Source of the DNA: a virus
Lineage: Duplodnaviria > Caudoviricetes
Strand: one strand, 5' to 3'
IMG/VR virus record: IMGVR_UViG_3300037067_013742
Location: 165,065 to 229,064 of that record
Length of the DNA stretch: 64,000 bases
Part shown: positions 62,369 through 64,000 of the stretch, piece by piece
How positions within the stretch are numbered: the stretch's first letter is position 1
How the letters are laid out: every line of letters starts with the position of its first letter
Position numbers and translations under genes: made by a program
The notes under the pieces: model-generated
The model's database searches: none
Told to the model about the DNA's origin: nothing
The model's input: the letters and a program-made list of their open reading frames with translations, nothing else

Positions 62369-64000
62369 GTGGCCTCAACAGCTTTTACGACTACCTCACC
62401 TCGCTCTCGCCCGCAATGGCGACGTTGCTGCTCAGGGGATCGGCCGAGTGCTTGGATAGCTACAACCGGCCTCGCGTCGTGACGCCTGGTACGGCTGGTG
62501 TCGGCCTGACTTGGCGTCGGGACAAGAAGGGCTACTACCTCGGGCAAGAGAAGTCTCTCACGGCTGGCGGTGGTTCAATCACGATTGCGGATTCTGGTGC
62601 AGCGCCTGAGCTGCGGGCTACGAGTGGGACGATCTTCTGGACGGCGAAGAATTTCCAGACGCTAGCGGTTGATGCTTCCGCAACTGGGGCTAGAATCGTA
62701 TCGAAGCGAGACGCAGGCGGCACAGCGTTCGATATTCTAATCGGGGCTAGCAATCAACTTACCATATGGGATGGTGCTACTGGTAGGACGTTGGTTGCGT
62801 CTTCGTTGACAGGGGCCAAGTCGGTTATGATCCGTTTCGTTACAGGTGCGATCCCTGAGCTTTTTACTGATGGAGTGTGGTGTGCTAATGGCTCGGGTGC
62901 GTTAGTTATAACAGACAATGACGCTAATTTGACACTGTTCAATTATTATGTACTAAATAGTGGCTCGCGTATCAACGACTACGGTGGTCTCTTCCTCTTC
63001 AACGACGCCATCCTCGGCAGGGCTCTCACGGACGCCGATATCAAGAACCTCTCCGAGCTGTGGGACCAGATCGGCAGCGTGTTCGAGCCCAAGAAGACGA
63101 TCTGGCTGCCGCGCAAGTCGAGCGAGATCATCACGCCCGCGGCGCTCGTGCAGCTCGCAGGCGCGAAGAATGCGAGTTCGCTCGTCCTCGACCAGTCGGG
63201 GAACGGCCGGAACGGCACCGTCAGCGGGCGCGTGACGCAGTCGAGGGGGCCGTGCTGCACGCGCCACCAGGCGCACGGCGCCGGGAACCCGATCATCACC
63301 GCCGCGTCGGACACGAGCCTCTACCCGAACAGCTTCACGCTCGAGCTCCAGTACCACGCCCGCTCCCGCGGCCAGTCGGACCAGGGCTGCCTCTGGTCGA
63401 TCTCGGACGGCGGGACGACGCGGAGCCGGCTCTACCTGGGCGCGGCGAACACATGGTGGTACGAGGTCGCCTACGCAGGCGCCACAGCTCGCTGGACGTT
63501 CACCGCGGGCCCGTACAACGTCGACCACATCCTGACTCTCACACACGCCCGCTCGGCCGGCTCGGCGCCGGTCGTGAAGGTCGACGGCGAGACGGTCACG
63601 GTCACCCAGGCCGTCGCCCCGTCCGGTGCGCTCACGGCCGCGGCGGCGCCCATCGTGAACCGGCTCAACACCGCCGCGCTCGACAGCGACTTCGACGGCG
63701 CGCTCATCGAGGAGAAGGAGTTCGCCTCGGTCCTCTCGGACGCGGACGTGCGGGCGCTCTACGTCGCCCAGGCGCTTCGCTGCAACGTCCTCGCGCACCG
63801 GACCGACTACCCCGTCTCCGTGGCGGCTGTCGCGGCTGGTGGTTACGTTGGTCCCTGGGTTGTTTTGTCAAACACTGCTAAGTGGGGCGATGATGGCACG
63901 AAGCGAATTCTACAAGCTGTAAACAATCCGACAATGGGTTGTGTTCGTGGTGGTGCCTCTTACGGTGCCTACTACTGGAAGAGTTATCGCGATTTGAATA
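62365..64000 (+). CDS. LamG-like domain protein, probable tail/virion protein (runs off window edge)
   Basis: ATGA overlap at 62365; the frame reads open to the window end (MSGLNSFYDYL...DQSGNGRNGT...VKVDG). Missing from the ORF track because no stop is present. Confidence 0.65.
   Translation, partial: MSGLNSFYDYLTSLSPAMATLLLRGSAECLDSYNRPRVVTPGTAGVGLTWRRDKKGYYLGQEKSLTAGGGSITIADSGAAPELRATSGTIFWTAKNFQTLAVDASATGARIVSKRDAGGTAFDILIGASNQLTIWDGATGRTLVASSLTGAKSVMIRFVTGAIPELFTDGVWCANGSGALVITDNDANLTLFNYYVLNSGSRINDYGGLFLFNDAILGRALTDADIKNLSELWDQIGSVFEPKKTIWLPRKSSEIITPAALVQLAGAKNASSLVLDQSGNGRNGTVSGRVTQSRGPCCTRHQAHGAGNPIITAASDTSLYPNSFTLELQYHARSRGQSDQGCLWSISDGGTTRSRLYLGAANTWWYEVAYAGATARWTFTAGPYNVDHILTLTHARSAGSAPVVKVDGETVTVTQAVAPSGALTAAAAPIVNRLNTAALDSDFDGALIEEKEFASVLSDADVRALYVAQALRCNVLAHRTDYPVSVAAVAAGGYVGPWVVLSNTAKWGDDGTKRILQAVNNPTMGCVRGGASYGAYYWKSYRDLN

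Noticed and set aside
62197-63881. Listed ORFs 62953..63798 (-), 63060..63881 (+) and similar
   Set aside because: Shadows of the real plus-strand frame that starts at 62365 and runs off the window.
1-64000. Genome-wide stop-codon reassignment suggested by the UUA tRNA
   Set aside because: Recognisable genes are full length in the standard code and end at TAA, TAG and TGA, often with stop/start overlaps.

Overview
This looks like a segment of a large (probably jumbo-type) tailed dsDNA bacteriophage genome. Positions 1-59342 are a dense minus-strand block of replication, nucleotide-metabolism and accessory genes: primase, 5'-nucleotidase, Cas4-like nuclease, a DnaE-type polymerase in four ORFs, ThyX, family-4 UDG, RecA, HldA/HldC-like heptose enzymes, class II RNR, Whirly- and SpoVG-like proteins, Pth2, ClpP-like protease, deaminases and rIIA/rIIB. 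After a strand switch at about 59400 come plus-strand virion or tail-type genes (a Gly-repeat protein and LamG-like proteins). Selfish elements are abundant: three cis inteins (RecA, nucleotidyltransferase, rIIA), a split DnaE intein whose halves flank a LAGLIDADG gene, a group I intron in rIIB, and a free-standing LAGLIDADG gene with a duplicated target 3' end. Two candidate undescribed systems stand out. (1) Nine largely divergent small proteins share a near-invariant N-terminal tag, MKxRx[GS][LF]VSNSSxxS[FY]; three of their four clusters lie directly upstream of radical SAM genes. (2) A putative translation-termination module: promoter, AUG-ACG-UAA minigene whose read-through product ends RGPP over an anti-SD hairpin, Pth2, an ochre (UUA anticodon) tRNA and a nucleotidyltransferase. 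All family calls are from motif recognition by eye; no database searches were run.
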